Shown here piece by piece: positions 37,853 through 48,438 of a stretch of DNA of 64,000 bases. The DNA is from Candidatus Cloacimonadota bacterium. Lineage in GTDB: Bacteria > Cloacimonadota > Cloacimonadia > JGIOTU-2. Both the position numbers and the translations under genes were made by a program. Positions within the stretch are counted from its first letter, which is position 1. Each line of letters starts with the position of its first letter. The notes beneath the pieces were generated by a model. It saw nothing but the letters and a program-made list of their open reading frames with translations. It did not search any database and had not been told where the DNA came from. The stretch is taken from assembly GCA_049903315.1 (NCBI GenBank), contig JBNGBT010000004.1, positions 208,031-272,030 on the forward strand, given 5' to 3'.

Positions 37853-38920
37853 ATGAAAAATATTTTAGTGTTTATAAGCATAATTACTCTGGTCTTGTGC
37901 ATGATCTCATGTGAAAAGACTTCAACAGACATTCCCTCGGATAACTCAGGCGTACTTATTGGTGCTGCCGTCTATGAGACGATCCAGGGCGCGATAGATG
38001 CTGCTGTAGATGGAGACACTCTTCGTCTCACACAGGGCATTTATGCCGGTACAAATAACACAAATTTGATGTGGGATGGAGAAGAAAAACACCTGACAAT
38101 TATGACCGATCTGCGCGGACACCAGCAGAATTATGCGATCATTGAAGGCAACGGAAAGGGAGCTGGCTTTTATTTTGATAACTCATTCCAAAGCAATGCA
38201 GATCTTATTTACGGCATTACTATTAGAAATATGGGTTCTGATGCAAATTATTACAATGCGGCATTTTATTGTGAAAATACAGAGCCGACCATTCAATATT
38301 GCTGGGTTCATGATTGCGGATGGTGCGCAGTGTACTGTTCTCATGCAAATCCTAGAATTGAGAATTCATGGTTTTATGATAATATGGCTGGTTTCATACT
38401 TGATTCAAATTCCAATCCTGTTCTCTTACTGAATTACATTGAGAAAAGCGAATTGGACGGCGTGTATGCGATCGATGACTCCAATCCGTCGCTTTTCAAT
38501 AATCTGATCGCTGGCAATAACCGTGGTGTGTATCTTCTTAATGCCAAATCCCTCATGGTCAATAACACTATTGTTTCGAATACAAACTGGGGAGTACGGG
38601 TAAGCAGCGATGTACTCTCAACAATGTACAACTGTATCGTTTGGGATAACGGAACCGATTTGGAAATCCTCTCAAATAATAGTCTTAAAGCTATGAATTC
38701 CTGCTCATCTGTAGAGATACCAGATGTTAATCCTGATAGTCTGGGGAATATCTATGTCAATCCACAGTTCATCACCAGCAATGACTATCATCTTAAATCT
38801 GTAAGTCCATGCCTGGATATCGGAATGACAGGAGTAGTATATTGGACAGGAGACCTGGATGGAGAGCCACGAATCCATAATAACGAAATTGACCTCGGCG
38901 CTTACGAATGGCACCCATAG
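37853..38920 (+). CDS. Lipoprotein with right-handed beta-helix and choice-of-anchor-Q-like end
   Basis: MISC lipobox; TIQGAIDAA; SPCLDIG..DLDGEPR..IDLGAYE. Confidence 0.75.
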   Translation: MKNILVFISIITLVLCMISCEKTSTDIPSDNSGVLIGAAVYETIQGAIDAAVDGDTLRLTQGIYAGTNNTNLMWDGEEKHLTIMTDLRGHQQNYAIIEGNGKGAGFYFDNSFQSNADLIYGITIRNMGSDANYYNAAFYCENTEPTIQYCWVHDCGWCAVYCSHANPRIENSWFYDNMAGFILDSNSNPVLLLNYIEKSELDGVYAIDDSNPSLFNNLIAGNNRGVYLLNAKSLMVNNTIVSNTNWGVRVSSDVLSTMYNCIVWDNGTDLEILSNNSLKAMNSCSSVEIPDVNPDSLGNIYVNPQFITSNDYHLKSVSPCLDIGMTGVVYWTGDLDGEPRIHNNEIDLGAYEWHP

Positions 38921-38959
38921 AATACTGCTTATAGGAAATAAATTCTAGGATCTACGAAT

Positions 38960-41089
38960 ATGAAAAAATTTATCCTTATTGGGATAGCTCTGTCTCTCAT
39001 TGCGTGTGCATATCTTCAACCTGTTAGCGAATCAAAAACAGCAATCAAGCCCGAACCTCCGATAGCAAAGAAAATTCCGTATGAAACTTCTATCCATGAC
39101 ACTTTTCTGGTTGATTACTACTATTGGATGAAAGATAAAACACGAACCGATCCCGACGTGATTGCGCATATAGAAAAAGAAAATACTTATACTGATAGCA
39201 TATTGCTTCACACAACTGAATTGCAGGAGCATCTTTACCAGGAGATTGTTGGCAGGATTCAGAAAACAGATATTTCCGTTCCAGTCCGTATCGACAGTTT
39301 TTATTACTACTGGAAAGATATTGAAGGAAAAGAATATTCAATATATTGCAGAAAGAAATGCGTGCCCGATGCTGAAGAGGAAATAATACTTGATGTGAAT
39401 GAACTGGCCTCCGGGCATGAATTTTACGATGTATCTGATATTGCTTTGAGTCCGGATCATAAGTATATTGCGTATGCTGTTGATACAACCGGAGCAGAGC
39501 GTTACACGCTTACTATAGAGAATATTAATGAACATACCTTTTTACCTGATACTGCCTATCCCGTCAGTGATGTTGTATGGGCAGAAGACAATAAGACGAT
39601 GTTTTATACTATAGAAAATGAGGTGGGAAGAAGCGATAAACTCTATCGGCATGTTCTTGGTACTGAACGGAAAGAAGATGAACTGCTCTTTCAGGAAAAT
39701 GATAGGGCATATTATGTGTGGATATATAAATCGAAAAATAGAGAATATCTAATATTTACTACTGGCAGTGAAACAACGTATGAAGTCCGATTCCTGAAAG
39801 CAGATGATCCATTTGGTGAATTTAAGATCGTCCAACCGCGGGAACAGGATCACAGGTATTATATCTGTCCCCATATGAATGACTTCTATATTGTATCAAA
39901 TGATGATGCGCAAAATTATAAGGTGATGATCACTTCCGTTGACAATCCGGGGAAAGAAAACTGGAAGGAAATCATTCCCCAGAGGGATTCAGTTTCAATT
40001 GATATTGAAATATTCAAAGATTATATGGTTATATATGAACAGCAAAATGCGTTACGAAAAATCAGAATAATAAATATTAACACAAATGAAGAATATTATA
40101 TAGATTTTCCTGAGCCGTTCTATTCTATTTTTGCAATGAGGAATCCTAATTTTGCTACTCATATTTTCAGATTTTCCTATGAGTCTATGGTGACACCGAG
40201 ATCTATTTATGACTATAATATGGAAACAAGGGAACGAGAATTGAGGAAAAGTCAGGAGATTCCAAGCGGGTATGATGCATCTCAATATAACTACGAAAGG
40301 GTTTTTGCAAAAGCTCTGGATGGCACACCAATTCCAATCTCGTTAGTGTATAAAAAAGATCTATTCTCAAAAGATGGTAAGAATCCTTTGGTGCTTTATG
40401 CCTATGGTTCTTATGGGGACTGCATTGATCCTTATTTTTCTACAAGTCGATTATCTCTTCTCAATCGTGGTTTTGTTTATGCGATTGCGCATGTGCGCGG
40501 GGGGGGTGAAAATGGGGAACAGTGGTATGATCAGGGAAGACTCCTCAATAAGAAGAATACATTCACGGATTTCATTGCCTGCGAGGAATATCTTATTCAG
40601 GAACATTATACAAGCACGGAAAAACTCGTGATCGAAGGAGCAAGTGCAGGTGGCTTGCTTATAGGCGCGGTTTTGAATATGCGACCGGAATTATGCGAGA
40701 TTGCAATTGCGGATGTCCCTTTTGTGGACTTGATCTATACATCACTTGATACAACTTTATCTGCAGTTGAATGGCATTATGATGAATTTGGAAATCCTCT
40801 GAATGAAGAAGAATATGATTATATGATATCCTACTGTCCCTATCAAAATGTAAAAGCTCAGCGTTATCCTCATATTCTTGCGTTAGGTGGATTTTATGAT
40901 CCCAGGGTCAACTACTGGGAGCCGGCGAAATGGATTGCAAAGATCCGCGAAAACAAGCTGGATGACAATCTTGCGCTGCTTAAAATTCAACTTTCTGGTC
41001 ACGCTGGGGCAACAGGAAGATTTTCTTATTTACGAGAAGTGGCACTGAAGTATGCCTTTATATTTGATATTCTCGGGATTCAGTTTTAG
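38960..41089 (+). CDS. ptrB: Oligopeptidase B (S9A), lipoprotein
   Basis: LIAC lipobox; HVRGGGE, GASAGG, DPRV, GH catalytic triad. Confidence 0.9.
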   Translation: MKKFILIGIALSLIACAYLQPVSESKTAIKPEPPIAKKIPYETSIHDTFLVDYYYWMKDKTRTDPDVIAHIEKENTYTDSILLHTTELQEHLYQEIVGRIQKTDISVPVRIDSFYYYWKDIEGKEYSIYCRKKCVPDAEEEIILDVNELASGHEFYDVSDIALSPDHKYIAYAVDTTGAERYTLTIENINEHTFLPDTAYPVSDVVWAEDNKTMFYTIENEVGRSDKLYRHVLGTERKEDELLFQENDRAYYVWIYKSKNREYLIFTTGSETTYEVRFLKADDPFGEFKIVQPREQDHRYYICPHMNDFYIVSNDDAQNYKVMITSVDNPGKENWKEIIPQRDSVSIDIEIFKDYMVIYEQQNALRKIRIININTNEEYYIDFPEPFYSIFAMRNPNFATHIFRFSYESMVTPRSIYDYNMETRERELRKSQEIPSGYDASQYNYERVFAKALDGTPIPISLVYKKDLFSKDGKNPLVLYAYGSYGDCIDPYFSTSRLSLLNRGFVYAIAHVRGGGENGEQWYDQGRLLNKKNTFTDFIACEEYLIQEHYTSTEKLVIEGASAGGLLIGAVLNMRPELCEIAIADVPFVDLIYTSLDTTLSAVEWHYDEFGNPLNEEEYDYMISYCPYQNVKAQRYPHILALGGFYDPRVNYWEPAKWIAKIRENKLDDNLALLKIQLSGHAGATGRFSYLREVALKYAFIFDILGIQF

Positions 41090-43216
41090 ATGAAAAAAGT
41101 TACTATTTTTATTTTTATTTTGTTTCTGGGTTCCTGTGCATCTCAAACAATCAAAAAAGAATATACTCTGTATCCGCACTTGGTGCCGCCAGTTGCAAAA
41201 AAAATCCCCACATCAACAACGCTGCATGGCGTCGAACTGAAAGATAATTATGCATGGATGATAGATGACACACGAACCGACTCTGCTGTCATATCATATA
41301 TCGAGGCAGAAAATCTCTATGCAGAGGAAATCCTTTCTGATATGTCTGCACTCAAAGATACGATATTCAATGAGATAATTGGCAGGATAGGCGAAGAAGA
41401 TGTGAATGCTCCCACTCGCTGGGGTGATTATTATTACTATTCACGAAGGGAAGAGGGTAAACCCTATTTGATCTATTGCAGAAAATTGGGATCGCTTGCA
41501 GCCACAGAAGAGATTGTCCTGGATTTGAATAAACTTGCACAAGGGCACGATTTTTTTTCTGTAGGGAGAAGGGAGTACAGTCCTGACCAAACTTTGCTGG
41601 CATATACTGTTGACGTTACTGGTGATGAGCGATACACGCTATACATCAAGGATATTGAAGCTGACACATTGCTTTCCGATGAGATGTATCTCGTAAATGA
41701 TGTGGAATGGGCAAATGATAATAAAACCATTTTTTATGTAACGCCAAATGAAGATAACCTGAAAAGTAAACTCGCATATCGGCATGTTCTGGGAACCGAT
41801 CCGTCAGAAGATGAGCTGCTCTACAGAGAAAATGATAATGCATTCTATGTGTGGTTTGGCAGAACGCGGTCGAATGATTATATCGTTCTTGGAACAAACA
41901 GCAGAACAACATCTGACGCTCGCTATCTCGATGCGGACAATCCCGAAGGAGACTTCACACTCTTTCAACCACGAGTGCAGGATGTGAAGTATTATATGAC
42001 CAATAATGATTCAACTTTATACATCAGAACTAATGAATCAGCTCCGAATTATAAGATCATGACCACTCAATGGAACGATCGCTTTCAATGGAAAACCTTC
42101 ATTCCGCACTGCGATTCTGTCTATATTGATGGATTCGATGTTTTTGAGAAGTATCTCGTTGTGTACGAGCAACATAGCGGTGTAATCAAACCACATATTT
42201 TCCTTCTTGAAGATGGTACGGATTATTATATGACATTTCCCGAAGATGTGTATGCTTTCTCCAGCAGATGGACTCCGGATTTTGATACGGACACATTATA
42301 CTATTCCTATTCCTCGCTCACCACGCCATCGTCTGTATATGCGTATAATATGAAAACAAAAGAAAGAGTCCTTCTCAAACGATACGAGGTGATTGGGAGC
42401 TTCGATCCTGAACAGTATCAGTCCGAGCAGATCTATGCGACATCACACGACGGCACAAAGGTTCCGATTTCTCTTGTCTATAAAAAAGATCTCTTCAAAC
42501 AAGACGGAACCAATCCGCTGTATCTCACTGCGTATGGCGCGTATGGGAGCAGCAGAAGTGCCGGGTTTTCTCGGATACGTATAAGTTTGCTTGATAGGGG
42601 ATTTGTTTATGCAATTGCGCATGTCCGTGGTGGAAAAGAGAAGGGCGAGCAGTGGTATGAGCAAGGGAAATTACTCAATAAGAAAAATACATTTCTCGAT
42701 TATATCGCGTGTGCGGAATATTTAGTTGAGAATCATTACACAAATCCTTCAAAGCAAGCTGCTTTTGGTGCTAGTGCAGGTGGCATGTTGATGGGAGTTG
42801 TGGCAAACTGGCGTCCTGATCTTTTTGAAGTTATTGTTGCGGACGTGCCATCTATGGACAAGCTGACTGTGCTCATGGACTCGACTGCTTCCGGCACACA
42901 ATATCATTATGATGAACTGGGGAATCCGTACAAGAAGGAGTATTTTGATTACCTGCTGTCCTGGGATACCTACCAAAACATCAAAAAACAGGACTACCCG
43001 AATATGATGCTCACTGCCGGCTTTAATGACAGCCGTGTCCGCTACTGGCAGCCCCTCCGCTGGACAGCAAAAGTCCGCGATATGAAAACAGACAATAATG
43101 TGATCATACTCAAAACAAATATGGCTGGACATTATGGAGGTTCTGGCAGATACACGCAATACGAGGATATTGCAGAACGATATGCCTTTATTATTCGCAT
43201 GTTGGGTGTAGAATGA
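41090..43216 (+). CDS. ptrB: Oligopeptidase B (S9A) paralog, lipoprotein
   Basis: LGSC lipobox; HVRGGKE, GASAGG, DSRV, GH. Confidence 0.9.
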   Translation: MKKVTIFIFILFLGSCASQTIKKEYTLYPHLVPPVAKKIPTSTTLHGVELKDNYAWMIDDTRTDSAVISYIEAENLYAEEILSDMSALKDTIFNEIIGRIGEEDVNAPTRWGDYYYYSRREEGKPYLIYCRKLGSLAATEEIVLDLNKLAQGHDFFSVGRREYSPDQTLLAYTVDVTGDERYTLYIKDIEADTLLSDEMYLVNDVEWANDNKTIFYVTPNEDNLKSKLAYRHVLGTDPSEDELLYRENDNAFYVWFGRTRSNDYIVLGTNSRTTSDARYLDADNPEGDFTLFQPRVQDVKYYMTNNDSTLYIRTNESAPNYKIMTTQWNDRFQWKTFIPHCDSVYIDGFDVFEKYLVVYEQHSGVIKPHIFLLEDGTDYYMTFPEDVYAFSSRWTPDFDTDTLYYSYSSLTTPSSVYAYNMKTKERVLLKRYEVIGSFDPEQYQSEQIYATSHDGTKVPISLVYKKDLFKQDGTNPLYLTAYGAYGSSRSAGFSRIRISLLDRGFVYAIAHVRGGKEKGEQWYEQGKLLNKKNTFLDYIACAEYLVENHYTNPSKQAAFGASAGGMLMGVVANWRPDLFEVIVADVPSMDKLTVLMDSTASGTQYHYDELGNPYKKEYFDYLLSWDTYQNIKKQDYPNMMLTAGFNDSRVRYWQPLRWTAKVRDMKTDNNVIILKTNMAGHYGGSGRYTQYEDIAERYAFIIRMLGVE

Positions 43217-44526
43217 ATTATAATAAACAGGTTGATAGGATAGTAGAATATTTCCACAGACAGGAAAAGACACCTGATAATCTGAAGATTGGAGCTGAAT
43301 TCGAGCATTTTATTGTGCGGGAAAATGACCTCTCTGCAGTTCGTTATGACGAGATCAGCAAGGACGGCATCAAAGACCTGCTCGAATATCTTCTCCAAAA
43401 GGGCTGGCGTGGCAATTTTGAGGGTGATAATCTCATCGGGTTGGAAAAACAAGGTTCGACAGTCACCCTGGAACCAGGCGCACAAATTGAACTCAGCACT
43501 CAGCATACATCCCACCTCTCTGAAATTGAGAAAACCTACAGGAACTTTGTGCTTGATCTCATGCCATGGCTGGAGGATAATCAGCAGCTTCTCATTGCAC
43601 TTGGTTATCAACCTCATTCAAAGATAGAGGATATTCCTTTCATCCCGAAGCAGCGTTATGTATTTATGTCTGATTATCTCAGCCAGAAGGGAAAGTATGC
43701 GCTCAATATGATGAAGGGCACCGCATCAACCCAGCTTGCACTGGACTATCTGAACGAAGAAGATTATGCACTGAAATTTCAGGTTGCATGCTACCTCTCA
43801 CCTTTGATGGCAATTTTGACCGATAACAGTCCGATCTTTGAAGGTGAGCGGTATAAAAAATATGCATTGCGTACAAATATCTGGCTGCATTGTGATGATG
43901 AAAGGTGCGGAATAATACCCCATGCATTTGATACAGATTTCTGCTATGCGACGTATGCGAGGTATATACTTGAGAGACCACCGATCATAATTACACGGGC
44001 GGGGCAGTTATGCTCTACCGAAAATCAGCCGTTCAAAGCAATCTTTGATCCTGAAGAAAGCACGGATAAAGAACTGGAACAGGTGCTGACAATGTTTTTT
44101 CCGGATGTACGCACAAAGCAGTTCATAGAGATACGTACTGCGGACTCAATACCATATCCTCTTAATCTTGCTTATATTGCTTTTCTCAAGGGTCTGCTTT
44201 ATGATTGTAAAAATATCAAAACGATACACCAAACCGTGACCGGATGTTTTGAGTTCAAAAAAATTCTCGCGCTCCAACACGAGATAATTAACAGGGGACT
44301 AAAAGCAAAGGCATGTGACAAGCATGTTATGGAGCCGATCCTGAAATTTTTAAATCTTGCAAAAGAAGGACTGGTAAAAGAAGAGCAAAAATATCTCAAT
44401 CCGCTTTACGAATTAGTTGAAATGAGAAAGAATCCCGTTACACTCATCAATCAGAAATTAAACGATCATGTGCCGCTGAAGGAATCTTTAAAAGACTGTA
44501 TTATAAATAATTATTTCGCTGAATGA
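43213..44526 (+). CDS. Glutamate-cysteine ligase, GCS2 family
   Basis: IGAEFEHF, TLEPGAQIELS, MMKGTASTQ, FPDVRTKQFIEIR.AD. Confidence 0.88.
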   Translation: MNYNKQVDRIVEYFHRQEKTPDNLKIGAEFEHFIVRENDLSAVRYDEISKDGIKDLLEYLLQKGWRGNFEGDNLIGLEKQGSTVTLEPGAQIELSTQHTSHLSEIEKTYRNFVLDLMPWLEDNQQLLIALGYQPHSKIEDIPFIPKQRYVFMSDYLSQKGKYALNMMKGTASTQLALDYLNEEDYALKFQVACYLSPLMAILTDNSPIFEGERYKKYALRTNIWLHCDDERCGIIPHAFDTDFCYATYARYILERPPIIITRAGQLCSTENQPFKAIFDPEESTDKELEQVLTMFFPDVRTKQFIEIRTADSIPYPLNLAYIAFLKGLLYDCKNIKTIHQTVTGCFEFKKILALQHEIINRGLKAKACDKHVMEPILKFLNLAKEGLVKEEQKYLNPLYELVEMRKNPVTLINQKLNDHVPLKESLKDCIINNYFAE

Positions 44527-45884
44527 AATCACTCTTGCCAATTTACGAAGAATATTCCAAAGAAGTATTAACTAATCCAGAGAAATATTATAAGGATTTC
44601 ACGCTTGTAGAGAATGCTGTTGCGAATTCCACTGCACTGTATAAAGGCGAACCGATTGATTTTCATTACCAGCCCATGTTTTTTGATCAGGATGATATAA
44701 TCAGATTCGAACATCTCGTCACAACCTTTTCATCCATTCTTACAAAAGTGATTGATGAATACGTAAGAAATCCTGTTTTCCGCTCATATTTTGAATTTCC
44801 GCCTTTAATGGAAAAACTTATACTTATCGATCCTGGCTACGCTATGCCTTTTCCCATGGCGCGGTTTGATATTTTCTATTCCTATGATGACGACTATAAT
44901 TTTTGTGAGCTTAATACAGATGGCACCTCAGGTATGAATGAATCCAATCCTGTGGAAAAAGCGGTGCTGTCCTCACAGATACTGAAAGTGCTTCAGAAGA
45001 AATACCGCATCAGTTATTTTGAGCTTTTCCTGCCATGGATCGAGGAACTGCTTGCATGCTATGCAGAATATTCGAATACATCTAATCACAAACCGAATAT
45101 TGCCATCATGGATTGGGAAGGTGTGGCAACGATCGAGGAGTTCAAGGTTTTCCAGGATATTCTGATGCAACGAGGATTTAGAACCGTTATCTGCGATCCC
45201 CGTGACCTTAAATATAGAGAAAATAAATTATACTTCCTCGATATGCCCATAGATCTGATCTATCGCCGTGCACTGACATTTGAGATGTGCGAAAGAGCGG
45301 ATGAGGTAAATGATGTGCTCGATGCATATGCAAATGGAAATGTGTGTATGGTGGGAGCATTTCGTTCTCACATCATTCATAATAAAAAAATATTTTCTAT
45401 TCTTAGAGATACAGAGAAGACAGGATTCTTAAACGACCAAGAACGTGATTTTATTGAAAAGCATATTCCATTTACAAAAGAGTTATCCGATCCTGATGCA
45501 GAGAAACTCGCACGAACATTAAAAGATGAGTATATTCTTAAGCCCATGGATAGGTATGCAGCAAAAGGCGTGTTCATCGGAGCTGACCATACTTCTGAAG
45601 AATGGAATAACACTCTCGACTCAATTCAAGATAAAAATTCCTATCTCGTGCAGCATTTTATCAAACCGCCTGTTCTGGAATGTGTGGAATTCGAAAAAGA
45701 AAATCCTGTTGTTAAACCATATAAATATATTACAGGATTGTTTGTTTATAATGGACGTTTTCACGGTGTGTACACACGCGCAGGCACCTCGAATGTGATC
45801 GCCAGCGTGACCGGGTGCAGGATCATGCCGAACCTGTATGTGAGAGATGTGATGGGGGATTTCACGCAAAGAACGCAAAGATGA
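44523..45884 (+). CDS. Circularly permuted ATP-grasp / glutathionylspermidine-synthase-like ligase
   Basis: ARFD..FCELNTDG, IDLIYRR, LKPMDRYAAKGV, YLVQ.F. Confidence 0.8.
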   Translation: MKSLLPIYEEYSKEVLTNPEKYYKDFTLVENAVANSTALYKGEPIDFHYQPMFFDQDDIIRFEHLVTTFSSILTKVIDEYVRNPVFRSYFEFPPLMEKLILIDPGYAMPFPMARFDIFYSYDDDYNFCELNTDGTSGMNESNPVEKAVLSSQILKVLQKKYRISYFELFLPWIEELLACYAEYSNTSNHKPNIAIMDWEGVATIEEFKVFQDILMQRGFRTVICDPRDLKYRENKLYFLDMPIDLIYRRALTFEMCERADEVNDVLDAYANGNVCMVGAFRSHIIHNKKIFSILRDTEKTGFLNDQERDFIEKHIPFTKELSDPDAEKLARTLKDEYILKPMDRYAAKGVFIGADHTSEEWNNTLDSIQDKNSYLVQHFIKPPVLECVEFEKENPVVKPYKYITGLFVYNGRFHGVYTRAGTSNVIASVTGCRIMPNLYVRDVMGDFTQRTQR

Positions 45885-46009
45885 AAAGAACGCTGAGGGC
45901 GCAAAGAAAATAATATACTATAACTAAGAAGTCAGGGACCACTCCCTGACTTAGGACGATGTCACGGAATGGTCCATGACACCTCTATATTGAATGAGGA
46001 TAAACGACA

Positions 46010-47080
46010 TCATTTATTTTTATACTTATTCTTCTTATAGTTTTTAACCATTTTTCCAAATTTCTTATTCCTTCTTTTTCTCTCTATAACTGAAGTTTCA
46101 AAGTGCGCTTTTTCTTTTTCCAATTTTAGGTAATTCTCATATGAACTTCTGTCTAATTCACCATTTTGGACGGCTTCAATAACAGCACAGCCGATCTCAC
46201 TCGTATGGGTACAATCGTTGAATTTGCAGTATCGCGCAAGACTGACAATGTCGTCGAACGTTGTCTCAAATCCACCTACATCATCGGTTATACCGATTTC
46301 ACGCATTCCCGGATTGTCGATAAGTATTCCGCCACTATCGAGCACAATTAATTCCCTGTGGCTCGTCACATGTTTGCCCTTGTTTGTACTCTGACTGATC
46401 ACATCCGTGCGCATTACAGATTTCCCGGATAGATTGTTTAACAAAGTGGATTTGCCTACACCTGAAGAACCAAGCATGCAATAGGTCTTTCCTTTTTCAA
46501 TCATCTTTTTCAGGGCTTCATATCCATTTTGGGTTTCGTTGCTGACCGCAAAAACCGGAATATCGTTAATTCGTTGTGTTATGCTATTCGACAGTTCGGC
46601 AGTTCGTTGTTCTGGTACCAAATCAGTTTTTGTTAATATAATTATCGGGTGTATTTCTGAGGAAAAACATATAGTCAGGTAGCGCTCGATTCGGTTAATA
46701 TTGAAATCCCTGTCCACGGATTGAACTACGAAGGCATAATCGATATTTGCTGCAATGACCTGTATCTCGCCGTATCGTCCAACCGCTTGCCTGGTGAGTG
46801 TTGAAAATCGTGGCAGTATTTTATAAATAGTTGCAAAGTTATCATCGTAGATCGTGAGTGCTACCCAATCACCGACTGCAGGAAAATCTTCACGACCTTG
46901 TGCCGAATACCGCAAATTCCCAGTTATTTCAGCATCAAAGTCACCCTTTGTTATCCTGACAGTGTAGCCGCCCTTATGCTGCGTAACAACTCGTCCGATC
47001 TCGAAATTATCGAGTTTGTGTTCAATCCTATACTTTTCGAATGCAGTGTTATATCCTAAATCTTCTAATGTTATTTCCAT
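46010..47080 (-). CDS. rsgA: Ribosome small subunit-dependent GTPase A
   Basis: PAVGDWV, TKTD, GSSGVGKSTL, DNPGMRE, CKFNDCTH..GC. Confidence 0.95.
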   Translation of the reverse strand: MEITLEDLGYNTAFEKYRIEHKLDNFEIGRVVTQHKGGYTVRITKGDFDAEITGNLRYSAQGREDFPAVGDWVALTIYDDNFATIYKILPRFSTLTRQAVGRYGEIQVIAANIDYAFVVQSVDRDFNINRIERYLTICFSSEIHPIIILTKTDLVPEQRTAELSNSITQRINDIPVFAVSNETQNGYEALKKMIEKGKTYCMLGSSGVGKSTLLNNLSGKSVMRTDVISQSTNKGKHVTSHRELIVLDSGGILIDNPGMREIGITDDVGGFETTFDDIVSLARYCKFNDCTHTSEIGCAVIEAVQNGELDRSSYENYLKLEKEKAHFETSVIERKRRNKKFGKMVKNYKKNKYKNK

Positions 47081-47305
47081 GTTTTGATGAGGAGAGATCT
47101 GTCCATTTTTTGTCAAATTATAAGATGTTGTATGCCGAACTTGTATGTGAGAGAGATGTGATGGGGGAGTTCACGCAAAGGACGTTGAAAATTGAAATTC
47201 TTGACCATATAAAGTAGATTGTTCAAAAACTCATTTGAGATTAAATCTATTTAGTAATGTATTTTTTTCGCTCTGTGTTCTCTGTGGTTGAAAGGATTTT
47301 GTAAT

Positions 47306-48055
47306 ATGCTCCTTTACATCATACTTTTTCTTGCCGGTGTTGCAGCCGGTTTCATGAACACCCTCGCAGGCGGCGGGTCAACGCTGACGCTTCCTGTTTT
47401 GGTACTGCTTGGACTTCCTTCTCCCATTGCCAACGCAACGAACCGGGTGGCGATACTTCTGCAAAATGTGGTTGGTACTGCACGTTTTGCAAAGTATAAA
47501 GAACTGAATGTCAAACCTGTCATACATATCACGATCGCTGCGATTGTCGGAGCGATTGTCGGCTCGCTATTCGCTGTAGATATCAGTTCGCAGGTTTTTG
47601 ATAAAGTACTCGGAGTAATGCTGATACTCGTTCTGGTACTTATATTTAAACCAAAGAGAAAAGCAACAGCAGAAAGAAAAAATATCCCCAAATGGCTCGA
47701 AGTGCTCATTTTTTTCTGTGTCGGACTGTATGGCGGATTCATTCAGGCAGGAGTTGGTTTTATTTTTCTTGCCACTTTAAATTTGGTTGAGGATTTTAAT
47801 CTCATACGCGCAAATGCGGTAAAAGTTTTTATCGTTATGTGCTACACTTTCTTTGCAGTCATTGTTTTTGCAGTTTCAGATAAAATAATGTGGACATATG
47901 GTTTACTGCTTGCTGCCGGGAACATGCTCGGGGCATTTATAGGTGTGCGTGCTGCTGTGAAAAAGGGCGCAGGTTTTGTGAAGATCGTGATAACGATTGC
48001 TGTGATCGTTGCATGCCTGAAATTATTTGGCATCTTAAAATTACTTGGAATATAA
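47306..48055 (+). CDS. Sulfite exporter TauE/SafE family
   Basis: NTLAGGGS, ANATNR, GLYGGFIQAGVG; multiple TM segments. Confidence 0.9.
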   Translation: MLLYIILFLAGVAAGFMNTLAGGGSTLTLPVLVLLGLPSPIANATNRVAILLQNVVGTARFAKYKELNVKPVIHITIAAIVGAIVGSLFAVDISSQVFDKVLGVMLILVLVLIFKPKRKATAERKNIPKWLEVLIFFCVGLYGGFIQAGVGFIFLATLNLVEDFNLIRANAVKVFIVMCYTFFAVIVFAVSDKIMWTYGLLLAAGNMLGAFIGVRAAVKKGAGFVKIVITIAVIVACLKLFGILKLLGI

Positions 48056-48071
48056 AACATAAGGAGCTTCA

Positions 48072-48425
48072 ATGAAAATTAAACAACCTATCGGTTTCGC
48101 AATAGGCGTTTTACTTCTAATTATGGGATTAGCCATGCTGATCTTACTCGGTAAATTAGCAGGTGTTTTCCCGCTGATAGTCGGGTTATCTCTTATAGGA
48201 ACAGGTTTCACGCAAGGCAGAAAAGTAACCGTTATTTTAGGACATATGTTCATCGTGATCGGATGTATTCTTGTAGCGTGGGGCGTCTATCTGTTGCCAT
48301 ATACAGGTGCATCGATCATATATGTATTCATCAGACCACTATTCTGGGGACTGATCTCGATCTTCGGTGGTGTGTGCATGATCTATCACGGATTCTGCGC
48401 ATGTGTGAGACGCAAGTCTGAATAG
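48072..48425 (+). CDS. Small integral membrane protein
   Basis: AAGGAG SD; about four hydrophobic segments. Confidence 0.7.
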   Translation: MKIKQPIGFAIGVLLLIMGLAMLILLGKLAGVFPLIVGLSLIGTGFTQGRKVTVILGHMFIVIGCILVAWGVYLLPYTGASIIYVFIRPLFWGLISIFGGVCMIYHGFCACVRRKSE

Positions 48426-48438
48426 AAAAATACACTAT

